Assembly (NCBI GenBank): GCA_038087875.1
Contig: CM075990.1
Location: 4,156,001-4,220,000, forward strand
From: Malacoraja senta
Lineage: Eukaryota
Length of the DNA: 64,000 nt
Direction of reading: 5' to 3'
The position numbers and the translations under genes were made by a program. Of this stretch, positions 24,266 to 37,725 are shown piece by piece. Below the pieces are notes generated by a model. That model did no database searches. It was not told the DNA's origin and was given only the letters and a program-made list of their open reading frames with translations. The stretch's first letter is position 1, and every line of letters starts with the position of its first letter.

Positions 24266-25192
24266 TTAAGGAAACATCCACAAGAAACTGACTCAATAAC
24301 TGTGGGAACCAAACAAGCTCCTATGTTATAACAGTGAGAAATAATTGGCTGTGAACAACTTGAGTCTTCCAATGTGCCATGTGAATGCAAGTGGGTTCCA
24401 AGTCAAGGAAGAAGATCAACTGAAAGAGAATCAAAGAGGGTGGTGGGTATATTAAACCAGCTGCCAGAGGAGGTAGGTGGCAGGTATGTTTTGACACTTA
24501 AAAGACATTTGGACAGGTTTAGATGGATATGGGCTAAATGTAGGTAGGTTGGACTAGCATACATGGGACCTACTGGTTGGCATGGGCAAGTTGGACCAAA
24601 GGGCTTGTTTCCATGTTGCATGACTCACAAAACTGCAGTCAAGACAGTTTACCACCACAATTAGTGTACTTCCAACATGGAGTTAACTCAGTAGACACAA
24701 AAAGCTGGAGTCATTCAGCGGGTCAGGCAGAATTTTCGTGGAGAAATGGAATAGGCAATAGACAATAAGGACAATGGGTGCAGGCCATTCGGCCACAAGC
24801 CAGCACCACCATTCAATATGATCATGGCTGAGCATCCACAATCAGTACCCCGTTCCTGCCTTCTCGCCATATCCCCTGACCGCTATCTTTAAGAGCTCTA
24901 ACTCTCTCTTAAAAGCATCCAGAGAATTGGCCTCCACTGCGTTCTGAGGCAGAGAATTCCACAGAGTCACTGAAGTCTGAAGAAGGGTCTCGACCCGAAA
25001 AGTCACCTATTACTTTTCTCCAGAGATGCTGTCTGACCTGCTGAGTTACTCCAGCTTGTGTCTACATTCGGTGTAAACCAGCATCTGCAGTTCCTTCCTA
25101 CACATGGAGTTAACTCAGCTTTGCATGGTGGTTAAAAGTGAGGTTGCAAGACTTATTCTCCCTCTCCCCTGATGTTGATCGCCTCCATTCAC

Positions 25193-25366
25193 CTTGGGTT
25201 CCAGCAGATGCTCCACTCTTTCAGCCGTTTCTTCGTCCTCCGAATCGGAGTTTCCTGCTTTGATATCCAGCTGCTCAAAGGCAGAGTCCAACACCTGCAG
25301 GCCGTGCCGCACAGCTTCCTGCACCTTGGCAATCAGCTCCGCTTCCTTCTGCTCCCGCGTCCGCTC
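25193..25366 (-). CDS. WASHC2: WASHC2 coding exon [19 protein letters not shown]...[13 protein letters not shown]...LLEPK
   Basis: Near-identical to the vertebrate FAM21 segment [22 protein letters not shown]. cag/GTGAAT splice sites, 174 nt. Confidence 0.96.
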
Positions 25367-26392
25367 CTGCAGCAGGGAAACATCAAAGCCAGTCTTTCGC
25401 GGCTGCGATGAACAATGATCTAAATTGCCACTTAAAGCCACCACTCTGCTTAATTAGATAACAGCTCCAAATACCAAGTAATCCCGCAACAACTGTAAGT
25501 ATTTAAGAAAGAACTGCAGATGCTGGAACAATGGAAGGTAGACATAAAATGCTGGAGAGAAACTCAGCGGGTGAGGCAGCATCTATGGAGAGAAGGAATA
25601 GGCGACGTTTCGGGTCTCGACCCGAAACGTCGCTTATTCCTTCTCTCCACAGATGCTGCCTCACCCGCTGAGTTTCTCTCCAGCAATTTTTGGCTACCTA
25701 CAACTGTAGGTAGTAGTTTCCACAATTTGACCGATGCTGGGAAAGGGCTTGTAATGTGGCAGCATCGATCAATTCTGAGCCACATTTTCGCAAATGTTGT
25801 TGTTGAACATTTCAGTCGGCCAGACAGCCCAAATGCGGGAACGTCTCTTCAAGGGGACTAACAGCAGGTTGGAATAGGAAATCCGTATCTCAACCCAAAT
25901 CCTGCCAGTCTCCTGTTAATTGCAGTCGCACACTGCTCTGCTGGCTCAACAGCCCAGCGTGACTGAGGTAATGAATGCCGGTCGAGTCCACACCACAGCT
26001 CAAAGTTAATTAACACCAAACAATTTTGGTTTAGAACTGTAAATCTTTTTACAAATATCAAAGTCAGTGTTTAAGGACTGTGATGAGCAATTATTAAAAC
26101 TCAGTGTTAAGTAGCTGTAACAAAAAATGACACAAAGTGCAAGATTAGCTCAGCAGGTCAGGCAGCATCTCTGGAGAACATAGATAGGTGACATTTGGAA
26201 TCGAGACACATCTTCAGATGCAGAATACGAAGAAGGGTCTTGACCCGAAACGTCACCTATCCATGTTCTCCAGAGATGCTGCCCGACCTGCTGAGCTAAT
26301 CTAGCACTTTGTGTCCTTCTGTGTTTGAACCAGCATCTGCAGTTCTGTGTTTCTACGGATAAGCAGCTATGAGAAGTTGCCCTGTTACATAC

Positions 26393-26458
26393 CACTTCGG
26401 CTGGCTTGCCTCCAGTTTCCGGTTTAACTGCATCTTCCACCTCTTCATCATACACTCT
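26393..26458 (-). CDS. WASHC2: WASHC2 coding exon RVYDEEVEDAVKPETGGKPAEV
   Basis: RVYDEEVE motif. cag/GTATGT splice sites, 66 nt. Confidence 0.93.
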
Positions 26459-27008
26459 CTGCAATAACGAAGACAGAATTTCAACACAAGCAGCAAAAAG
26501 AAGAGTCAAAAACACTATGCTTCTTCTTTCAAAATTTATGAGCCACATATTGCTAATGAACAGCAACGAAACTGTGCAGGAATAACGTTGTTCACAGATT
26601 TGGTACAGTGTGAATCCCAGGGTTAGAGAAGATCGGACCTTGTACAAATTCTCCCAACCTCTGCTCTTGGGTATTGCACTCAAACATCGGCACCAGGAAA
26701 CAATGCACCCACAGAAAATGCCAATGCTCCCTCCCAACTCTCCTTCATGCAAGATTACATTTACAAACCCTGAGTTTCTAGTTTCCACACATATTTTATG
26801 TCAAACCAGCTTTCTTGCTCCACCAGGGCTGCATTCAGACAAACATTTCTCGCAGTTTGCAATAACTCTGTAAACAAATGCCTGTTGAGCCAACAAAGAT
26901 GGATGCTCTAAAAGCAATCTCCGCGATACGAGATGCTGCATTCTTAGAATACAGTTGCACAAAGCTGCAGGATCTGCGCATGTGTCAAAAGATGCAAGTT
27001 AATAAGGT

Positions 27009-27224
27009 AGACCCAGAAAGCTGAAGTAACTCAGCAAGACAGGCAGCATCTCTGGAGAGAAGGAATGGGTGACTTTTTGGGTCGAGACCTTTCTTCAGAC
27101 CTCGGGTCTTGACCCGAAACGTCACCCATTCCTTCACTCCAGAGATGCTGCCTGTCCCGCTGAGTAACTCCAGCTTTCTGTGTCTATCTTCCTTTTAAAC
27201 CAGCATCTGCAGTTCCTTCGTACA
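27009..27224. mobile_element. Inverted pair of short Penelope-like tails
   Basis: Flanked by CAAGTTAATAAGGT at 26995-27008 and 27225-27238. Confidence 0.85.
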
Positions 27225-28699
27225 CAAGTTAATAAGGTGCGTGTTTACTTTTTTTGTATACAAGAATTTTTATAAGAACAAATTTTATTCCCAATCAGAG
27301 TTCTTTTGGAAGTGATTTGTGAATTCCGCAAAGGTGAATTTCTGTTACGCAAACTACTGTAATACAGGAGCTGCCTTTTTTATGAACTGAAAAATACAAT
27401 CAGAACGTGCTTCATCCAACCTCGCTTCATGCTTTCATTTGTGTATTAACATCCATCACCATGAGTGTAAACAGGTCATAATTTTTTTTTTTAATAATTT
27501 TTTTTTTTTTATTTGTCATTTGGACAAATTTGTCATTTGGACCCCGTTGAGGTCCAAACGAAATATCGTTTCTGCAGCCATACATTACAAAACGAAGAAG
27601 ACCCGAGACACAACATAATTTACACATACATTTATTTCAATACCGGCTAATTATACAATTTAGAATGTCAAAACCGCTCCCAAACTTAAGCTAAGTTGAA
27701 GGCAGCAAATATTTAATTCTGATTTCAAGCTTAACCTATTTAAAACTGAAATTCATTCTAACATTACAACTAAGGATACAGTGCTGGGGAAACTCAGTGG
27801 ATCAGGCAGCATGCCTGGAGAACGTGGACAGGTGATGTTTCAGATGGGACCCTTCAGACTTCAACATTAGAACCAGGCTCAGAAACTGCATGTTACAGGA
27901 AACATTTCATGTTTCCAATCTGGTTTGATACACACACTAAATATCTGCCTGCGTAGCTATAATGATCAGCCTGGTAAAGAAACAGCAACTCACTCTGAAG
28001 CCAAGGGGTGACCTGATGCAGGTATACAATATTTTGAGGAGGAGCGACATGGTAAACAGTGGGAGCCTTTATCACATTGTGGGGGTGTCTGGAACAAGGG
28101 TGAATTCAAGGTGAGATGGAGAAAGTTCAGTAGGGATCAAGGGATTAGAGGAGGAATTTTTCCTCCTGTGATTGGAATCTGCCAACACCACCTGAAGAGG
28201 AGGTGGCGGAAGCAGGGACACACGCAACATTTAAGAAACATCTAAACAACACTTAAGGAAAGACTCAAAGTGCTGGAGTAACTCAGCGGATCAGGCAGCA
28301 TCCCTGGAGAACATGGATAGTGACCTTTCGGGTTGGGACCCATAAGGGATTCTGCCTGACCCGCTGAATGACTCCAGTATTTTGCGTCTTTTCTTGGTAA
28401 ACTGGTGTCTGCAGTTCCTTGTTTCTATTTCTAAACAACACTGAAATTGTTGAGGCAAGGAAGGCTATGGACCGAATGCAAGTAAATGGGATTAGTATAG
28501 ATATGTACGATGGTCGATACGGGCTAATGAGAGCTCACGGGCCTGCTTCTGCACTGTACAACTCTACATGATTCACTGAGTTCTTCAATTAAATCACTAC
28601 TATTGCAAGGAAAGACAGAGTGTTGGAGTAATTCAGCAGGTCAGGCAGCATCTCTGGAGAACACGGATTGGTGACGTTTCGGGTTGGGACCCTTCTTCA

Positions 28700-29205
28700 T
28701 GCCCACAATCTCTTTGAAGAACTTCCCTCTGAAGACGAGCCAGAATCAGGTCGGCTACGAATATTTTAGCACCAGGTTCCCCATGAACATACGGTGTGCT
28801 AAACGGGTGAGAGGCGGCGCACATATGTCCGTATTCCAGGCCAGTAGCAATCGGCACTTCACGCCGACCGCCGCCGCGTGGACGGCGGCCGGTTATCCCA
28901 GGCCAACCAGCGAGCCGCGGCGCTAGGGTATCGTTACGTTTAGACGACTGTCAAAGCCGCCACAGCCGGACATAAAAACAGCTTTTTCCCCCCACGAGCA
29001 ATACCTCTACTCAATAACCAAAAGTCTGTAGCCTCCTTTTGCTCTGGTATTTTATTTCATTCACATGTTTAAACTATAATGTTTTATTATTAATGTTTAA
29101 TGTTTTATTCTTAATTGTTTACTGTATATCGTGTCATTACTTGCAAGCGGAGCACCAAGGCAAATTGGTTGTATGTGTACATACTTAGCCAATAAACTTA
29201 TTCAT
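28700..29205 (+). mobile_element. Rex1/Babar LINE 3' fragment interrupted by a ~200-nt insert
   Basis: HNLFEELPS(G)RR before 28738 and TVKAATAGHKNSFFP after 28947. 3' UTR with AATAAA and (ATTC)n. Confidence 0.7.
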
Positions 29206-29439
29206 TCATGTTCCCACAGATGCTCCCTGACCCAGAGTTACCCCAGCACTGTCCTTTTTTGTAATCCAGCATCTGCAGTTCCTTGTTAGTACAATAGTAC
29301 TATTGCGAGCCTTGCGAAGGGCCTATCTATCAATGGTTTTCACATTTCACAACATTGGCATTCACCATTACTTTGGTTCTTCATCGCAGAGTTTGGAAAA
29401 GCAAGGAAAAACCAGCAAACGATCACCTTTTTCACTCAC

Positions 29440-29604
29440 ATTTTCGATGAACTGGATGTTTGAGAGCATGAGAAAATCGTTGAAGACATTATGGAGACGG
29501 GAGTCTGTGGCCTTTGTGTTCTGGATCAAGCCGTCAAGCTGCTTCTCGATCTCGTGTGTGCGTGAGAGCATCCGCTGAGAGAAATCTTGCAGAAATAGGA
29601 GCAG
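29440..29604 (-). CDS. WASHC2: WASHC2 coding exon [55 protein letters not shown]
   Basis: Highly conserved FAM21 head motif [19 protein letters not shown]. cag/GTGAGT splice sites, 165 nt, phase 0-0. Confidence 0.96.
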
Positions 29605-32586
29605 CTGATGGCAAAAAATAATTATATCCAACTGATGAAGTGCAAAAGCCGGGCACAAACTGCTGCTTGTTACACCCTAGAAAGATCTGTCATTTCTCCA
29701 TTCAAGAGTAAAATACTTTCCACACTCTACCCCACTATGCCTCTGCTCGAAAGGTGAACGTCTTTATGGTTTCCAACAGCAAAAAACAACCTCCGCTGGA
29801 TGTTGCAGAAATCTGCAGGTGGAGAATATCTTCCACCATTCCCATCAATTTCAAATCTTTAAGTATTTTTTTTTATTTTTTATTTTTTATTTTTATTTAT
29901 TAGAAGTACATTACATTACAAGTATTTCTGATGCTCTAATTAATCAAATGCTGCCTTGTCAGGGAAAGCAACTCGCACTTTAACTGCAATTTAACTAGCT
30001 CTTTGGTTGTGTAAGGGAAGAACTGATCTTGGCAGAGATTGGGCGGCACAGTGGCACAGCAGGTGGAGTCACTCTCTCACAGCGTCAGGGACCAGAGTTC
30101 CATCCTGACCTCAGGTGCTGTTTGTGTGGAGTTTGCATGCTCTTCCGGTGACCAAGTGGGTTTCTCCCGGGTATTTTGATTTCCTCCAACATACCAAAGA
30201 CATTGTGAAGAATATCAGGGGGAAAAGAGGGAATTCATGTGGGATTAGTGTAAATGGGTGGTTGAGACTCAGTGGGCTGAAGGGCCTGTTTCCATCCTGT
30301 CTTTCTATGACTCTATACCATTAGACTGTAATAGTCAGTCCTTCATGCGTTCTACTTGATAGAAAGTCTGGCAACTGCACACTCAAGCAATAAAATCTTG
30401 TGGACATGCTGATGGAATGGAGAGCTGGAACAAATATATCCTGCTCTCTGTGTACCTTCCATGGTTGTAGATGATGAAACTAATGGAGATTTCTACCACG
30501 AGTTGCTTAATTGCATCTTATAAAGGGTTTGGACTTTGATCTAAAGATGACAGCCCCATTCATTGCAAATTGTTTTAGTGTAGTTTGGAGATACCGCATG
30601 GAAACAGGGCCTTCAGTTCACCTTGTCCACACTGACCAGCGATCCCCAGATCAGACTAGTTGTGTGTTATTCCACTTTCCCATCCACTACCAACACACTC
30701 AGGGACATTTACTGAGCCCAATTAACCTACACAGGTCTTTGGATGTGGGAGAACCCAAGTCCATCGGTACCCGACGGCAGGATCAAACTTGGGTCTCTGG
30801 CGATGCTAGGCAGCAGCTCTACCAGCTGAACTACCGTGTTCTTGAAGGGAATTCTGCAGGAATGGCATGGCGAAGATTGCCTTCACTGCGTTCAGATGTA
30901 ATGACAACTTGTGCATACAGTTCCAGAGATTCACACAGAGAGTGGTGAATCTCTGGAACTCTCTGCCACAGAGGGTAGTTGAGGCCAGTTCATTGGCTAT
31001 ATTTAAGAGGGAGTTAGATGTGGCCCTTGTGGCTAAGGGGATCAGGGGGTATGGAGAGAAGGCAGGTACGGGATACTGAGTTGGATGATCAGCCATGATC
31101 ATATTGAATGGCGGTGCAGGCTCGAAGGGCCGAATGGCTTACTCCTGCACCTATTTTCTATATATCTATGTATCTAGCTGTACTCTTATTGCATGTTTCC
31201 ATACACTGAAGCAGTAGATGTCTGGGCTACTTTGGAGCTAACTACAGGGTGTGGAAATGCAAGCAAGTGTAGGCAAATGGGTTGTTACAACAATACTGCA
31301 CTTATGGAAACATCAATGACACAATTACGTGTGTTACCAGAGGTCATGGGTTTATGGAAGCAGTAAGAGGTTTGGAGTGGATACAAGGAAGAACATTTTT
31401 CTACCTAGAGTGTGAGTGGAGTTTGGAGCGCACAGCCTGAGAAGGTGTTGGTGGCCAAGGCTCTGACTACGTTTAAGTATCGAGAAAAAGGACACAATGT
31501 ACTGGAGTACCCCAGGACCAGGCAGCATCTCCGAAGAACATGGATAGGTTACGTTTTAGGCCGGAATCCTTCTAAGTACCTAGAGATGCACTTGAATTGC
31601 CAAAGGACGGAGGGGACAGACCACGTGATGGTATATGGGGTTGGTATAGGTAGGTGGTACTAGGTCAGGATAAACATGGTGGTTTGAAGGGCCTGTACCC
31701 GAGCTGTATCGTGATATAAAACTAAGTTTCACTCCAGGCTCCATATAAAACCTCCAAGTAACTCCATGATACTATTGTATCGTTTAAGACACATTTAGAC
31801 AGATACGTGGATAGGACAGGTTTAAAGGGATACGGGTCAAAAGCAGGCAGGTGAGACTAATGTAGATGGGACATTTTGGGCAGTGTGGGCATGTTGGGCC
31901 AAAGGGCCTGTTTCCATGTTGTATGACTCTCTAATATACAATTAGGCCTTGCATCTGCAGGTCATTAGTCCATGTAAATGGATAACACGACCAATAATAA
32001 TCATCATGTATTTAGCTGAAGCTCTAGATGTCTAGAGAAGCATTTGAATCACCTGTACATTGTAGGTGGGATTACAATGGAAAGGTACCCACACGTTGGC
32101 ATGGAGATGATGGCCCAAATGGTCTGGTTCCAGGTTATATGACTTGGTGGAACGGCACGGTGGTTCAGCGGTAGAGTTGCTGCCTTACAGCCGCATAGAT
32201 CTAGGTCGATCCTGGCTACGGGTGTTGCCTGCATGGAGTTTGTACATTCTCCCAGTGACAGCGTGGGCATTTCCTGGGTGCTCCGGTTTCCTCCCACACT
32301 CCAAAGACTTGAAGGTTTGTAGGTTAATTGACTTAGGTAAAGATTGTAAATTGTCCCTAATGTCGGCGTGGACACGGTGGGCCGAAGGGCCTGTTTCCAC
32401 GCTGTAACTCTAAAAACCAAAAAAACTAGACTCTATGACTCATCTCATGTCATCTGAGAGACAAGCATGTCCAGCCACATGAGATGGAAGGCACATGTAC
32501 ACTTGAAGCATGATACAGTACAGGCAAAGCTGTCAAACAGAGATCATGCCCAGGCTGCTGCTGTCCAACGTAATGGCTCTACTTAC

Positions 32587-32724
32587 CCCGGCATCTGCAC
32601 CCAAGGACCAGTTCCCACTGGCTTTATGGATCTCTTCCAACGTCCACGGTCGCTCCCACACAGGCTCAGCCTCACAGCCATTCTCGCCCAGAGCACCGTT
32701 AACTGTTACTGAGGGACCATTCAT
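32587..32724 (-). CDS. WASHC2: WASH complex subunit 2 (FAM21), first coding exon [10 protein letters not shown]...[26 protein letters not shown]
   Basis: Matches the FAM21 N-terminal motif PVWERPWS/T...WSLAADAG. tag|ATG acceptor, GTAAGT donor, 138 nt. Confidence 0.93.
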
Positions 32725-35356
32725 CTAGCAAAAACAATGTGGCGCATTAACACCGCACGCGCAGGAACAGAAGTGATTGGAAGTTAATCTCTGGCAGCAA
32801 GACAGCACATGACAGGATGGCAATTAGATTTTGCTGAACTTACAATGTAGCTATTTACCTCATGAGCGCGGGAAGCTGAGGAAGGATCTTATATACGTGC
32901 ATAAACACATCAGCAACAAAGTCCGTCACAGTGGTGCAGCGGTAGTTTCTGCCTTACAGCTCCAGAGACCTGGGTTCGATCCCGACTACAAGTGCTGTCT
33001 GTACAGTTTGTACGTTTGCCCCGTGACCGCGCAGGTGCTTCAGTCTCCTCCCACACTCCAAAGACGTACAGGTTTGTAGGTTAATTGGCTTCTGTAAACC
33101 GTGAATTGTCCCTAGTGTGTGTAGGATAGTGCTAATGTATGCGGTGATCGCTGGTGAGTGCCGACTCAGTGGGCCGAAGGACTTGGTTCTACATTGTAGT
33201 CTAAAGTGCCTGTATAAAGGCTTACCGTGACCAGGTTTCCATCCAAGTCCACTCCATATTGACTTGGACTGATGCCATTATTCCTTCATAGTTCATTATT
33301 GCCAGGACGTTATTCAGTCATAGAGTGATACAGTGTGGAAACAGGCCCACAACAGCCAACGTGTCCCAGCTGCACTAGTCCTACCTGCCTGCGCTTGGTC
33401 TTTATCCCTCCAAACTTATCCTATCCATGTACCTGTCTAACTGTTTCTTAAACATTGGGATTGTCCCAACCTCAACTAAATCCTCTGGCAGCTTGTTCCA
33501 TATACCCACCACCCTTTGTGTAAAAGAAACTCCTCCTTGGAGTGCGGGAGGCTGATGGGTGATCTTACAGAGGTGTACAAAAATATGAGAATAGATATGG
33601 TGAATGTACAGAGTCGTTTACACAATTGGGGAATCAAGAACCAGAGGACGTAGGATTAAGGTGAGAGGGGAAACATTTAATAGGAACCGGAGGGGCAACT
33701 ATTTCACAGAGGGTGGTTCTTATATGGAATAAGCTGCCAGAGGAGGTAGTTGAGACAGGTACAATAACTGAATTTTAAAGACACTTGGACAGGTAAATGG
33801 ATAAGAAAGATTTAGAGGGATGTGGGCCAAATAGGACTAGTGTAGACAGGGCATCTTGGTCGGCAAGTACCATTCTAAAGACACCATGGCTTGCCTCAAT
33901 TATATGGAAACTGCATTTCCTGTTACTAGCTCCAAGACTCTCCACAAAATGAGAATAACCACCTAATATTATGTAATGACTTGTCTGTATCTTTAGGGGT
34001 TTTGTTGGACTCTGGCAGCACCAGCCATCCAGCGACCCTTGCTGCATCGTACCAGGACTGCTTTCGTGCACCGTAGAATCTGCCACACCGCAGATGCAAA
34101 TGTGAATGCATAAAAAATTTAACTTCCCCTAAGAAAATCTCCAAGCCAAAGAGTTCAGCCTACAATATTATTAATTTTTAATTGCAAGTGCATCTGGCTG
34201 CGCGAGTACGGAAGCTTTATTGCGATTGCATTAGGCTTTGCAGAGACTGTAGTGGTGCCAATTTGATCTCCTTACCCCCCCAAAAAAGAATGTACTTGTC
34301 ATACAGGGTGTGCAACAGAGATTCACTAAACTGGTCCTAAACTGGGAAATGCTCATGAAGTTTCTGAACCACCTCCTTAAAACTACTTTGACAAAGGTCT
34401 GAAGAAGGGTCTCGACCCGAAACGTTGCCTATTTCCTTCGCTCCATAGATGCTGCCTCACCCGCTGAGTTTCTCCAGCATTTTTGTCTACCTTTGATAAA
34501 GGTTCAAGACCTCTGTTCCAATATGGTGTCTCCCTAAATTGCTGGTTGCAACTATGTATAATGTTGCAATGTTGTTCCATTTTGAAGGCACTGTGTATTT
34601 ATTTCATGGAGTCCAAAATTGAACTTTTTTTGGATTAGTGTTATAGAGATACAGCGCGGAAACAGGCCCTCCAGCCCACCAAGTCCCCGCCAGCAGCGAT
34701 CACCCCTTACACTAAAGCTATACTACACACTAGGGACAATTTACAATCTTTACCGATGCTAATTAACCAACAAACCTGTACATCTTTGGAGTGTGTGAGG
34801 AAACCGGAGCACCTGGGGGAAAGCCCATACAGGTCACAGGGAGAACGTACAAACTCCGTACAGACAGCACCCACAGTCAGGATCGAACCCAGGTCTCTGG
34901 CGCTGTACGGCATCAACTCTACCACTGCGCCGCTCTGCCACATCTTTCTTTTCACAATGTTACATCTGGCTCCACCATTTGATGGCAAGGTGTACCCAAG
35001 AATTGTTACTTCCAGATGTGCAGAGGGATGCACAACCACGCCATCACAACCCCCCCCCCCCCCACCTTCAATGCTTCTTCCTGTCATCTTGGGCGGCAGA
35101 GTGGCACAGCGGATAATGTACAAATCCCGTACAGACAGCACCCGTAGTCAGGATCAAACCTGGGTCTCTCCCGATGTAAGGCAGCAACTCTACCGCTGTG
35201 CCACCGTGTCGCTCTATTGCTTTTCTGTATCTCCATCACACAATCTCCAGCTAACCCTCTCCACGATCTATTGCTGCAGTGTAAAGACTTGTAAAGACTG
35301 CGACAAACTAACAGGTTAGGTTGGAGTAATGGATTCATTAAGCTTGTGCTTCAATA

Positions 35357-35780
35357 GACAATCGACAATAGGTGCAGGGGTAGGCCATTCAGCCCTTCGA
35401 GCTATCACCGCCATTCACTGTGATCATGGCTGATCATCCACAATCTGTACCCCGTTCCTGCCTTCTCCGCAAATCCCCAGACTCCGCTATTTTTAAGAGC
35501 TCTATCTAACTCTCTTGAAAGCATCCAGAGAATTGTCCTCCACTGCCTTCTGAGGCAGAGAATTCTACAGATTCACAACTCTCGGGTTGAAAAGGTTTTT
35601 CCACATCTCTGTTCTAAATGGCTTACCCCTTATTTTTAAAGTGTGGCCCCTGGTTCTGGACTCCCCCAACATCGGGAACATGTTTCCTGCCTCTAGCGTG
35701 TCCAATCCCTCAAAAATCTTATATGTTTCAATAAGATCCCCTCTCATCCTTCTAAATTCCAGTGCATACAAGCATTGCAG
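35357..35780 (-). mobile_element. CR1-clade LINE 3' fragment
   Basis: Same ORF2 C-terminal motifs and 3' UTR. Confidence 0.88.
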
Positions 35781-36346
35781 AGTTTAGAACCAGTTCAGTG
35801 AACCTCTGTTGCACACCCTGTATGACATGTACATTCATTTTTGGGGATAAGGAGATCAAATTGGCACCAATGCAGTCTCTGCAAAGCAATAAAGAACATA
35901 AAGACTTCTCCATTTGGTGCAATGAGTCAGCATCAAAACCTTCCGAGTCATGAGCAGCGCTGGAAAATCAAAACCAGTCGCTGGATGGCAATTTTTTTTC
36001 CTTTTACCCCACATCAGCTGTACTTGTGGCAGCTGTGGAACAAAACTGGGGAGAGAGCTGGACTTATTTTACAGTAGTTCTTCCATAAGTTAACATAAAG
36101 GGCTGGAGGAATTAAATAGGTCAGGCAGAATCTGTGGAAGGATTGGACAGGCCTTCTTCAGATGATCAATTAGTCTGAAAAGGGGCCCCGACCCATCATA
36201 TGCTGACCCTCCGATTTCCTCTAACACTTTGTGTTTTGTTCAAGATTCCAACATAAGCAGTTTCTTGAGTCTCCGTGAGTTAACACGCTTCATTATTTAA
36301 ATGGGATAAATAGTATATATGGGGAAACAATACTTCCATGCATAAC

Positions 36347-36688
36347 TGTGTTAAAGAAGGAACTGCAGATGCTGGAAAATCGAAGGTACACAAAAAAGCT
36401 GGAGAAACTCAGCGGGTGCAGCAGCATCTATGGAGCGAAGGAAACAGGCAACGTTTCGGGCCGAAACCCTTCTTCAGACTGATAGGGGGTGGGGAGAAGA
36501 AAGGGAAAAAGGCGGAGGAGCCCGAGGGCTGGGGGAGGAGAGGAGACAACCAGAGGGCTGATGAAGGGGAGGGGACAGCAAGGGCTAGCAGAATTGGGAG
36601 AATTCAATGTTCAAGCCCCCAGGATGTAGACTGCCCAAGCGGAATTTGAGGGTGCATTTCCTCCAATTTCCGGTGTTGCTCGCTGTGG
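36347..36688 (-). mobile_element. 3' fragment of the same Penelope-like family
   Basis: Reverse-complement match to ~13468-13782. Flanking duplication CCATGCATAAC at 36336-36346 and 36689-36699. Confidence 0.88.
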
Positions 36689-37276
36689 CCATGCATAACA
36701 GTGGCACAGCAGTAGAGTTGCTGCCTTACAGCTCCAGAGACCCGGATTCGATTGTGACTACAGGTGGCTAGCTGTATGGAGTTTGTATATTCTCCTTGTG
36801 ACCGCGTGGGTTTTCTTCCGGATGCTCCGGTTTCTTCCCAAGTTCCAATGGTATGTTAATTGGCTTCTCTAAATCGTTCCAAGTGTGTAAGATGGAATTA
36901 GTGTAGGGTGATGATCAGTTGATGCAGACTTGATGGGTCGAAAGGCCTGTTTCCAATTTGTGCGTCTAACTAAACTAGATTTGTTAATCTATTTAACCAG
37001 CTCTTAAAGGAAAAACAGCAAGATTAGTGGATCAAGGTCAATATATTTTCCAGAAAATACCAGTATAATACATGAAAAGGAATGTGCTTAGCAGAGAGGT
37101 GCAAAGGTTTCAACCCAAGAGTCGGACGGTGTAACTGGGATGGAGCTGGAGACGTCGGACGCAGGGAGCTTGGGTCTGCAGGAGGGTGAACTGGGATAAT
37201 GCCTCCAGCGCCTTCAAGGTCAGCTGCAGGACGTGCCCCCGGGACACAAAGATGGCTGGGCAAGGAGAATTGGTTC

Positions 37277-37725
37277 ATAGAAACATAGAAAATAAGTGCA
37301 GGAGTAGGCCATTCAGCCCTTCTAGCCAGCACCCACCATTCAATATGATCATGGCTGATCATCCAAAACCAGTACCCCGTTCCTGCTTTCTCCCCATGTC
37401 CCTTGATTCCGTTAGCCCCAAGAGCTATATCTAACTTTCTCTTTAATACATCCAGTGAATTGGCCTCCACTGCCTTCTGTGGCAGAGAATTCCACAGATT
37501 CACAACTCTCTGGGTGAATTTTTTTTTCCTCATCTCAGTCCAAAATGGCCTACCCCTTATTCTTAAACTGTGACCCCCTGGTTCTGTACTTCCCCCAACA
37601 TCAACATTTTCCCTGCATCTGGCCTGTCCAATCCTTTAAGAATCTTATATGTTTCTATAAGATCCCCTCTCACCCTTCTATATTCCAGTGAATATAAGCC
37701 TAGTCGATCCATTCTTTTCATCATA
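37277..37725 (-). mobile_element. CR1-clade LINE 3' fragment
   Basis: RLGLYSLEYRR.RGDLIETYKI motif and (CTATGTTT)n-type tail. Confidence 0.85.
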
